DNA of 64,000 nucleotides, taken from Pseudomonadota bacterium (GTDB taxonomy: Bacteria > Pseudomonadota > Alphaproteobacteria > Rhodospirillales > Magnetospirillaceae). A program made the position numbers and the translations under genes. Numbering within the stretch: the first letter of the stretch is position 1; each line of letters begins with the position of its first letter. Shown in pieces: positions 55,597-64,000 of the stretch. The stretch spans positions 21,257 through 85,256 of the forward strand of contig JAJXWP010000013.1 of assembly GCA_021781575.1 (NCBI GenBank), given 5' to 3'. The notes beneath the pieces were generated by a model. It made no database searches and had not been told where the DNA came from. It saw nothing but the letters and a program-made list of their open reading frames with translations.

Positions 55597-56817
55597 CTAC
55601 TTATGCAGGATTTTCGGCACCCGGTTGCTGCCGGTCCGCAGGCGGTAGGCGTCGGGCATGCGCGATCCCAGCAGTGGGCGAAGATACAGGCGGAATGCGT
55701 CGGTGATGTCGGTCCCCGAGGCGGCGATGAATTCGTTGGGCATGGTGCGGGTCTTGCCGGCGACCGTGGCGAGCGGCATCAGCTTGTAGTCGACCGAATA
55801 GAAGCCGGTGCGCTGGATGGTCACCGAGCCGTCGCAGTCGTCCCACATGGCATACTGCACGGCCTTCTCGCCGACCTCGCGGGCCTCTCGCTGGTCGACG
55901 TCCGAGACGCAACCGGCGAAGGAGCGCTGCAGGTAGCCCAACGTATCGCCGCGCACCCGCTTCAGCTGCAATTTGCTGCGCACCGCTTCCGTCAGCAGGT
56001 CGGCCAGGGCACCGGTCCCCGACAACTGGACGTTGCCGTGGGCGTCCCGTTCCAGTTGCGACGCAAGCTTGGCGGCGATAGGCAGACCGGTGCCATCGTG
56101 GATGCCCTCCGACACGGCCACCACGCACCGACCGTAACGCTCATACATGCTCTTCACGTCGCCGAGGAAGCGCTCGAGATCGAAGGTCCGTTCTGGCAGA
56201 TAGATGAGATGCGGCCCATCGTCGGGAAATTTCTTGCCGAGCGCCGAGGCGGCAGTCAGGAAGCCGGCATGACGCCCCATCACCACGGCGATGTACACCC
56301 CAGGCAGTGCCCAATTGTCGAGATTGGCCCCCATGAAGGACTGGGCGACGAACCGCGCGGCCGAGGGAAAGCCAGGCGTGTGATCGTTCTCCACCAGATC
56401 GTTGTCGATGGTCTTGGGGATATGGATGCAGCGCAACGGATAGCCGGCCTTGGCGGCTTCTTCGCTGACGATACGCACCGTATCCGACGAGTCATTTCCG
56501 CCGATATAGAAGAAGTAGGCGACCCCGTGAGCCCGCAGAACCTTGAAGATCTCGTGGCAATAGGCAAGGTCGGGCTTGTCGCGGGTCGATCCCAGCGCTG
56601 AAGCCGGCGTCTCCGCCACCATCTCCAGATTGTGGGTGGTTTCCTGGGTGAGATCGAGAAACTCCTCATCGACGATGCCACGCACGCCGTGCAGGGCGCC
56701 GTAGACGCGCTCGACATTGAGGAATTTGCGCGACTCCAGCACCGCGCCGACCATCGACTGGTTGATCACCGCCGTCGGGCCGCCCCCCTGGGCCACCAGA
56801 ACCTTGCCACTCAGCAT
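55597..56817 (-). CDS. 6-phosphofructokinase family, residues suggest a pyrophosphate-dependent type
   Basis: Track ORF 55597..56931(-). Start preferred at MLSGKVLVAQGGGPTAVINQS (ATG 56817, GGAGG 6 nt upstream). Alternative ATG 56823 overlaps the holC stop. Motifs IGGNDSS and PKTIDND. Confidence 0.88.
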   Translation of the reverse strand: MLSGKVLVAQGGGPTAVINQSMVGAVLESRKFLNVERVYGALHGVRGIVDEEFLDLTQETTHNLEMVAETPASALGSTRDKPDLAYCHEIFKVLRAHGVAYFFYIGGNDSSDTVRIVSEEAAKAGYPLRCIHIPKTIDNDLVENDHTPGFPSAARFVAQSFMGANLDNWALPGVYIAVVMGRHAGFLTAASALGKKFPDDGPHLIYLPERTFDLERFLGDVKSMYERYGRCVVAVSEGIHDGTGLPIAAKLASQLERDAHGNVQLSGTGALADLLTEAVRSKLQLKRVRGDTLGYLQRSFAGCVSDVDQREAREVGEKAVQYAMWDDCDGSVTIQRTGFYSVDYKLMPLATVAGKTRTMPNEFIAASGTDITDAFRLYLRPLLGSRMPDAYRLRTGSNRVPKILHK

Positions 56818-56819
56818 CC

Positions 56820-57302
56820 TCATCCTCCCTCTCTTGCCGCCTCCGCGGTACGGGCCTTCTCTTCCCACCCACCCCGCTCGGTCTGCTGGTAATAGGTGAG
56901 GCTCCAGCCCCGCTCTTTCCAATCCTTCCATAAGGCGCGGGCGGCCTTCACAGCCGCCTCGTCATTGCCGTCGAACAGCAACAGGCAGCGGGCAAAAGCG
57001 CTCAGCTGCTGTGAGACCACACCATCGGTGAGCAACAGCACGTCGGCACCATTCGGGTTTCCATCGCCTTCGGTGAGATAGATCGGCTGCTGCTCGGCGT
57101 CGCCGTCGCGGCTGGTACCATGCGGCAGCCAGGAAGCCGGATCCCAGGTCCACAAGTGAGCGTCGAGAAACGCCACCCGCTCGGCCGAGCCGGACATCAC
57201 CACGGCCCGATGCCCGCCTTCCAGTACTTTCTCGAGAAGCCTGGGCAGAGCCTGTTCCAGCGAAGAGCGCTGCAAATGGTAGAAGCCGATACGGATAGCC
57301 AT
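56820..57302 (-). CDS. holC: DNA polymerase III chi subunit
   Basis: 160 aa MAIRIGFYHLQRSSLEQALPRLLEKVLEGGHRAVV..AHLWTWDPASWLPHG.. Confidence 0.88.
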   Translation of the reverse strand: MAIRIGFYHLQRSSLEQALPRLLEKVLEGGHRAVVMSGSAERVAFLDAHLWTWDPASWLPHGTSRDGDAEQQPIYLTEGDGNPNGADVLLLTDGVVSQQLSAFARCLLLFDGNDEAAVKAARALWKDWKERGWSLTYYQQTERGGWEEKARTAEAAREGG

Positions 57303-57314
57303 GACGAGGCTACT

Positions 57315-58778
57315 CTACCCCGCGCGTCGGTCCTCGACCAGATGGACCAACAGACGAATGCCAAAGCCGGTAGGTCCTTCCGCGGCCAGCGGACCATCCT
57401 CCTCGGCTTCCGACACGCCGGCGATGTCAAGATGCGCCCAGGGCACCTCATGGGGAACGAAATGCTGGAGGAAGCGCGCCGCATTCAGCGCATCGGGACT
57501 GTGTTCCCAGGTGCAGTTGCGCAGGTCGGCGGCGGCGCTTTCCAGGGCCTCGTCATAGGCATCGGTCAGCGGCAGCCGCCATACCGGTTCGTCCTCGGCC
57601 TCCCCGGCGGAAAACAACGCCTTGGCCAAGGCATCGTCGGCGGTAAACAGCCCGGCGCGGTGACGTCCCAAGGAAACCTCGACCGCACCGGTCAGGGTTG
57701 CCAGATCGACCATCAGCGCCGGGCGAAGCGTAGCGGCGGCGAAGGCCAGCGCGTCGGCCAGGGCGAGCCGGCCTTCAGCATCGGTATCGACGATCTCGAC
57801 GGTGATGCCGGCGTAGCTCTTGACCACATCGCCGGGCCGGGCGGCGCGCCCCGACGGCATGTTCTCGGCGATCGCCAGGACCCCGACGGCGTTGATCGGC
57901 GCTCGGCGTGCGGCCAGGGCATGGATGGCGCCGGCCGCCGCCGCCGCGCCGGCCATGTCGCCCTTCATCTCCTCCATGTCCTCCCGCGGCTTGATGTCGA
58001 TGCCGCCGGTATCGAAGGTGATTCCCTTGCCGACGAAGACGACCGGCGGCTCATCTGGCCGGCCGCCCTGCCAACGCAGCAGCGCCAAGCGAGGCGCCAC
58101 AGCGCTTCCCTGGCCCACCGCCTGCAACAGGTTGAGGCCGGTCTGACGGGGATCGACCTGTTCGACCCGCACGCCCAGATCGGCCAGACTGTCGAGCCGT
58201 CGGCAGAAGCTGTCGGGGTTCAGTTCGTTGGCCGGGGCCACCACCAGGTCGCGCGCCCAGGCCGAGGCGACGGCCACCGCCGCCAGCTGGTCGAAACGGA
58301 CTTGCGCCGCGGCCGGATCAGCCGTGGCAAGGACCGCCTCGACCAGGCTCCATTCCTCGTCGGGATCCGGCTTGGAACGGTAGCGCGCCGCCGGCCGCCA
58401 AGCCCTCAGGCACATTCCATAGGCCAGTTCGGCGGCCGACTCGGGCGCCAGGTCGAGACGGAGGTCCAGGCAGATGATGCCGCTGTCGGCCAGTTCGGCG
58501 AACAGATTGCCGCCGATGCGGCGCAGCCGCCTGGCGTCGCGTTCTTCGGCCGCCCCCATGCCAACCAGCACCAGCCAGCCCGACGCGGTCAACACGGGCA
58601 GCACGTCATCCTCGTCACCGTCAAAGCGATGCCGCCCGGCCAAGGCGCGCGTGACCAGACCGCCGGCGTCGGCCGCGCGGGCGGCAGGAAGCAGTTCACC
58701 GCCGGGGGCGACGCCGACCGCAAGGGCCTCCGACGCGAGTCCGTCGTCGGCAGGCGGGACGAAACGGATCGTCAGCAA
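57315..58778 (-). CDS. M17 leucyl aminopeptidase family, divergent second copy
   Basis: 487 aa. TTG start 4 nt after the pepA stop. Motifs VGKGITFDTGGIDIKP, MKGDMAGAA, DTDAEGRLALADAL all present. Confidence 0.85.
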   Translation of the reverse strand: MLTIRFVPPADDGLASEALAVGVAPGGELLPAARAADAGGLVTRALAGRHRFDGDEDDVLPVLTASGWLVLVGMGAAEERDARRLRRIGGNLFAELADSGIICLDLRLDLAPESAAELAYGMCLRAWRPAARYRSKPDPDEEWSLVEAVLATADPAAAQVRFDQLAAVAVASAWARDLVVAPANELNPDSFCRRLDSLADLGVRVEQVDPRQTGLNLLQAVGQGSAVAPRLALLRWQGGRPDEPPVVFVGKGITFDTGGIDIKPREDMEEMKGDMAGAAAAAGAIHALAARRAPINAVGVLAIAENMPSGRAARPGDVVKSYAGITVEIVDTDAEGRLALADALAFAAATLRPALMVDLATLTGAVEVSLGRHRAGLFTADDALAKALFSAGEAEDEPVWRLPLTDAYDEALESAAADLRNCTWEHSPDALNAARFLQHFVPHEVPWAHLDIAGVSEAEEDGPLAAEGPTGFGIRLLVHLVEDRRAG

Positions 58779-58782
58779 CGCG

Positions 58783-60279
58783 CTATTTCTGTTCGTAATA
58801 CTCGGCCACCAGCCGGTCGAGCAGACGAACGCCGAAGGCCGTGGCGCCTTTCGGCGTCACCGGTCCGTCCTTCTTTGCCCAGGTCACACCGGCGATGTCC
58901 AGATGAGCCCATTTGGTGTCCTTGACGAAGCGCTTGAGAAACATCGCGGCGGTGATGCTGCCGCCTTCACGCCCACCGGTGTTCTTCATGTCGGCGATGT
59001 CCGACTTGATCAGCTTGTCGTAGGGGTCGTCCAGCGGCATGCGCCATAGCAGCTCGTCCACCTCCTTGCCCGCGGCAGTCAACCTGTCGGCAAGGTCGTC
59101 GTCATTGGCGAACAGCCCGGCATAGCGGTCGCCCAGGGAAATGATGATGGCCCCGGTCAAGGTCGCCAGATCGATCATTGCCTGCGGCTTGAAGCGGTCC
59201 TGGGTATACCACAGGGCGTCGGCCAGAACGAGGCGTCCTTCGGCGTCGGTGTTGATCACCTCGATGGTCTGGCCCGACATCGAGGTCACCACGTCGCCGG
59301 GGCGCTGGGCGGTTCCCGACGGCATGTTTTCCACCAGGCCGACCACGCCGACCGCGTTGACCTTGGCGTTGCGCAGGGCCAGCGCCTTCATCAGGCCGAT
59401 GACCACGGCGGAACCGCCCATATCCCATTTCATGTCTTCCATGTTGGCCGCCGGCTTGATCGAAATGCCGCCGGAGTCGAAGGTGACACCCTTGCCGACA
59501 AAGGCGATCGGAGCCGCATTCTCATCCTCGGCGCCCATCCAGCGCATCACCACCAACTGGGATTCCCGTTCGCTGCCCTGGCCAACGCCCAACAGCGCCC
59601 CCATGCCCAGCTTGCGCATTTGCTTCTCGCCGAGGATCTCCACGTCGATGCCGGAATCCGCCAGCATCTTCACCTGCTCGGCCAGGCTTTCCGGGTAGAT
59701 CACGTTGGCCGGTTCGCTGACCAGGTTGCGGGTCAGGAATACTCCCTCGGCGATATTGTCGAGAGCGGCGAAGCGCCGCTTGGCCGCCGAATGCTCCTCG
59801 AGCATGAGCGCCAGCTTGGCAACGCTGGGCTTTTCTTCGGCCTTTTCCTTGGTGCGATACTTGTCGAAGCGATAGGAGCGCAACCGGGCGCCGAAGCCGA
59901 TATGGGCCGCCATATGGACCGGGGCCAACGGGCATCCGTCGATGGCGTCGACGGCGACGGTGACCACCTCATCGCCGGCCGCCTGCAGTTGCGCCACCAC
60001 CGTGCCTCCCAGCTTTTCGGCTGCCAGCGCGTCTATTTCTTCAGGTTTCCCCAGGCCGACCAGCAATAGCCGCTGTGCCTGGAGACCGGCGGGAGCCACC
60101 AGCAGAAGCGTCTGGTCCTTCTTGCCTTCAAACCGGCTGGCCGCCATGGCCCGACTGATCAGCCCATCGGTCTGTTCGTCCAGTTGCCGGGCGGTGGCGC
60201 TCGGCTTGCGTCCTTCGAGGACGGAGACGACGAGAGCGCCCTCGGTGGGAAGGCTGACCTTGGAGAAAGAGATTTTCAT
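58783..60279 (-). CDS. pepA: Leucyl aminopeptidase (M17)
   Basis: Internal Met of track ORF 58783..60357(-): MKISFSKVSLPTEGALVVSVLEG.. VGKGVTFDSGGISIKP, MKWDMGGSA, NTDAEGRLVLADAL. Confidence 0.93.
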   Translation of the reverse strand: MKISFSKVSLPTEGALVVSVLEGRKPSATARQLDEQTDGLISRAMAASRFEGKKDQTLLLVAPAGLQAQRLLLVGLGKPEEIDALAAEKLGGTVVAQLQAAGDEVVTVAVDAIDGCPLAPVHMAAHIGFGARLRSYRFDKYRTKEKAEEKPSVAKLALMLEEHSAAKRRFAALDNIAEGVFLTRNLVSEPANVIYPESLAEQVKMLADSGIDVEILGEKQMRKLGMGALLGVGQGSERESQLVVMRWMGAEDENAAPIAFVGKGVTFDSGGISIKPAANMEDMKWDMGGSAVVIGLMKALALRNAKVNAVGVVGLVENMPSGTAQRPGDVVTSMSGQTIEVINTDAEGRLVLADALWYTQDRFKPQAMIDLATLTGAIIISLGDRYAGLFANDDDLADRLTAAGKEVDELLWRMPLDDPYDKLIKSDIADMKNTGGREGGSITAAMFLKRFVKDTKWAHLDIAGVTWAKKDGPVTPKGATAFGVRLLDRLVAEYYEQK

Positions 60280-60474
60280 GGGTGTCGTGTTCCTCCAGGG
60301 GGAGAAAATGTGACTGATGGCGCCCACAGCATCCGTCAGATTCTCGCCACAGTTCAATCAGGTGGTGGACCGCCTTGTCCGGACGCTCGAAAACCGGGCG
60401 CCTGGGACGGACCACTGGCAGGCGGGCATGCCGTTGCCAAGGAATGTAACACTCGGAATCTGGAAGGAAAGGTC

Positions 60475-61470
60475 TTAGCCGGCGATTTCTTCCTCCACCG
60501 GCCGCTCGTCGAGCGCCGCTCCCCCGACCGGCTCCGCAGCCGTCGGCTGGCGATCGCGGGAGAACAGCCAGAAGATTCCGCCCGGCAGGGCAATCAGGAT
60601 GGTCACCAGGCCGAACAGCACGGACATCGCCGCCGCCTGCGCCGCCGGCACGCCGATGAAGCCGAAGACGGTGACCATGGCGACCTCGCGCGCCCCCCAA
60701 CCGGCGATGGAAATGGGCAAGGTGGCGACGAGGATCACCGGCGGCACCAGCACCAGGCAGTCAACCACCGACACCGGGGCGTTGAGGCCACGCGCCAGGG
60801 CCCACACCACCAGCGCCAGGTTCACATGGCCGAGGATGACCATGGTCAGCGTCGGCAGGGCGCTCCCCGGGCGCAGGAACAGCCGACGGGTGTCGCCGGC
60901 CAGACGGGCGAAGCCGCTCACCAGCCGTGAATGCAACAGTGACATGGGAAGGCGATCGAGGCCGGCGAGCACCAGGATGCCAACCAGGCCGCCGAGGCTC
61001 AACGTGGGAAACACCCACAAACCTGACGTGTCGCGCAGGCGGTCGGCCAGCAGCGGCTGCGCTGCCGCCACCAGGACGACCAGACCGAACACCGTCGCCA
61101 CCCGTTCCAGCATCACCGAATTGATCGATGCGGCCAGGCTCAGACCGGCTTGCCGGGCCTTCCAGATACGCACCGCATCGCCCCCGACCGCGCCGGGCAG
61201 CACCTGGCCGAAGAAATTGCCGATACAGAACAGCTCGCAGGCCTTGCCGAACGGCAGCCAGGCGCCGATGGCCTGAAGCACCAGCCGCCAACGGCCGGCA
61301 CAGATCATCAGTTGCACCACCTGCAACAGGAAGGCGGCGAGAAACATGGCGGGGGTCACGGCCTTGCCCATCTTCCATGCCGTCGGCAGATCGACCTTGG
61401 CCTGGAGGTACCACAAGGCCCCCCCGGTGAGGGCGAGTTTCACCGCCCATGAGGCCGAACGCTTGATCAT
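60475..61470 (-). CDS. UPF0104 / lysyl-phosphatidylglycerol-synthase-type transmembrane (flippase-like) domain protein
   Basis: Start at MIKRSASWAVKLALTGGALWYLQ (ATG 61470). Polytopic. ..GRWRLVLQAIG....FFGQVLPGAVGGDAVRIW.. Confidence 0.8.
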   Translation of the reverse strand: MIKRSASWAVKLALTGGALWYLQAKVDLPTAWKMGKAVTPAMFLAAFLLQVVQLMICAGRWRLVLQAIGAWLPFGKACELFCIGNFFGQVLPGAVGGDAVRIWKARQAGLSLAASINSVMLERVATVFGLVVLVAAAQPLLADRLRDTSGLWVFPTLSLGGLVGILVLAGLDRLPMSLLHSRLVSGFARLAGDTRRLFLRPGSALPTLTMVILGHVNLALVVWALARGLNAPVSVVDCLVLVPPVILVATLPISIAGWGAREVAMVTVFGFIGVPAAQAAAMSVLFGLVTILIALPGGIFWLFSRDRQPTAAEPVGGAALDERPVEEEIAG

Positions 61471-61560
61471 CGAGGTGTCACCGAGCTGTCGCCATCGCTC
61501 GTCATTCCCGGCCCAGAGTGCTTTCCGTGAAGCCGACGTTGCCGCCGGCCTCCGCCGAAA

Positions 61561-61580
61561 CGCTGGCGGAAACGCCAGCG
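61561..61580 (-). terminator. 8-bp stem-loop downstream of the radical SAM gene
   Basis: cgctggcg-gaaa-cgccagcg. On the minus strand it is followed by TTTCGG. Confidence 0.4.
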
Positions 61581-61651
61581 CCACTGGTTTTTCTCACACT
61601 CTCTTGCGCGCGGATGACGCTTCCGGGAAGGCACTAGCCTGCCCGGGGGGC

Positions 61652-62740
<1,089 letters not shown>

Positions 62741-62994
62741 GCATTAGATTTAGCGGGCGGGGGCGGCTGCCGCAACACCCGGTGAGCGACACACCCGGCG
62801 ACCGGCGCCGCGGGGCAACCCCGGTCAGATTGCTGCCCTGGCGGCAGCCCTGCCCCGGGCCGCCCGACTGCCTCTTTTGGAACCCTCCGGCCAACGAGGT
62901 ATCGCCTTCGACGAGTTGCCAGCCGCGGACTCTTTTGCCCATCCTGCCGCCCTACGACCTGGACCTACCCGGCGACAAGAAAGGAGGAAACTGA

Positions 62995-63288
62995 ATGAGC
63001 TACCTGAACATTCATCCCGGCGAGATCCTTGCCGAAGAGTTCCTCAAACCGAAGGGCGTCAGCATCACCGACCTCGCCCGGCAGCTGAAGGTTCCGCGCG
63101 AACGGCTCGACGCCATCGTCGGCGGGCGGCAATCCATTTGCCTCGACACCGGCTTGCGCCTGTCCCGCTTTTTCGGCACCTCGGACCGCTTCTGGATCGA
63201 TGCCCAGGTGACCTACGACCTTGAGCGAGCCCACCATCAGCAGGCAGAGATCCGCCGCGAAGTGCAACCCATAGGGGCTGTGGCCTGA
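62995..63288 (+). CDS. higA: HigA-family addiction-module antitoxin (XRE HTH), no intact partner toxin
   Basis: 97 aa MSYLNIHPGEILAEEFLKPKGVSITDLARQLKVPRERLDAIVGGRQSICLDTGLRLSRFFGTSDRFWIDAQVTYDLE. AAAGGAGGA lies 6 nt upstream. Confidence 0.88.
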   Translation: MSYLNIHPGEILAEEFLKPKGVSITDLARQLKVPRERLDAIVGGRQSICLDTGLRLSRFFGTSDRFWIDAQVTYDLERAHHQQAEIRREVQPIGAVA

Positions 63289-63393
63289 CCGTCCGCCCGA
63301 CCAATCCTTCGATCTGCTCCTCCTCTAACCGATTGACCACCAGTCCGGCTCGTCCCATAACGGGGTAACGTCACCCGCTGGGAGGGCAGGCCT

Positions 63394-64000
63394 ATGCGAC
63401 TGTTGGGTCGCGTCATTCTCGTCGTCCTTGCGGTGGTCGGCAGCTTCACCCTGCTGATCACCGCGTTGGGCCTGTGGGCCGGCTTCAGCGCCCGCCCCGC
63501 TCCGCTTCCCCGGCAGGTGGTGCTGGAACTGGACGTGGATTCCGGCGTAGTCGAAGCGCTGCCCGACGGCCCATTGGCCAGGTTGGGCCTACCCAATGCC
63601 TACACTGTGGCGGATGTCGTGGAAGCGCTCGACAAGGCGGCACGGGATCCACGGGTGACGGGACTGGTGGCGCGCATCGATAGCCCCTCGCTCGGCATGG
63701 CGCGGGCCCAGGAACTGCGCGAAGCCGTCCTGGCATTCCGCAAATCAGGAAAACGGACGGTCGCCTTCTCCACCAGCTTCGGCGGAACCTCCGCCGGCAC
63801 CGTGCCTTATTACCTTGCCTCGGCCTTTCAGGAAATCTGGCTGCAACCCTCGGGCGACGTTGCCCTGACCGGCTTCATGGCGCAAAGCCCTTTCCTCAAG
63901 GGCACCCTCGACCTGCTCGGCATCAAGCCGCAATTCTCGGCGCGATATGAATACAAGACCGCCATCGATATCTTCACCCAGACCAAGTTCACCCGAGAGG
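63394..64000 (+). CDS. sppA: Signal peptide peptidase SppA (N-terminal part; continues beyond the window)
   Basis: Hand translation from ATG 63394 (GGGAGGG upstream): MRLLGRVILVVLAVVGSFTLLITALGLWAGF..VVLELDVDSGVVE..DPRVTGLVARIDSPSLGMARAQELREAVLAFRKSGKRTVAFS.. It is open to the window end, so it is absent from the ORF track. Confidence 0.85.
   Translation, partial: MRLLGRVILVVLAVVGSFTLLITALGLWAGFSARPAPLPRQVVLELDVDSGVVEALPDGPLARLGLPNAYTVADVVEALDKAARDPRVTGLVARIDSPSLGMARAQELREAVLAFRKSGKRTVAFSTSFGGTSAGTVPYYLASAFQEIWLQPSGDVALTGFMAQSPFLKGTLDLLGIKPQFSARYEYKTAIDIFTQTKFTRE

Overview
GC-rich bacterial chromosomal segment. Gene content and order suggest an alphaproteobacterium, possibly Rhodospirillales-like, but I cannot prove that without a database search. 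I call about 50 protein genes and one tRNA (anticodon CAT). I found no rRNA, CRISPR array, transposase or integrase. Most of the window is housekeeping: ligA, uvrD, prmA, an aminopeptidase P, a SahR-like regulator with metF and metH, mlaA/mlaC, ettA, rpoD-dnaG-yqeY divergent from carA-carB-greA, ndk, an ABC-F ATPase, a PPi-type phosphofructokinase, holC and pepA. The unusual parts are: (i) three tandem type II toxin-antitoxin modules at the left edge, one with a decayed toxin; (ii) two c-di-GMP enzymes each divergently paired with a TPR protein, including a cNMP-binding/unknown-domain/STAND-type-TPR protein facing an HD-GYP protein whose receiver and HD motifs are both degenerate; (iii) a tightly coupled hsp20 - accessory lon - proline-rich membrane protein cluster; (iv) a cus-type RND operon (Met-rich FixH-like gene, cusC, cusB, cusA) extended by a Met-rich protein of three DUF4214 repeats, next to a two-component system and a small Cys-Cys protein; (v) tandem M17 aminopeptidase paralogs; (vi) an AmmeMemoRadiSam radical SAM gene without its usual partners, and a solitary higA. 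My best candidates for undescribed biology are (iv), (ii) and (iii). All calls come from reading the supplied translations and the DNA by eye and comparing with family signatures from memory. No searches or computations were run. The many long ORFs antisense to real genes are treated as GC-rich artefacts.
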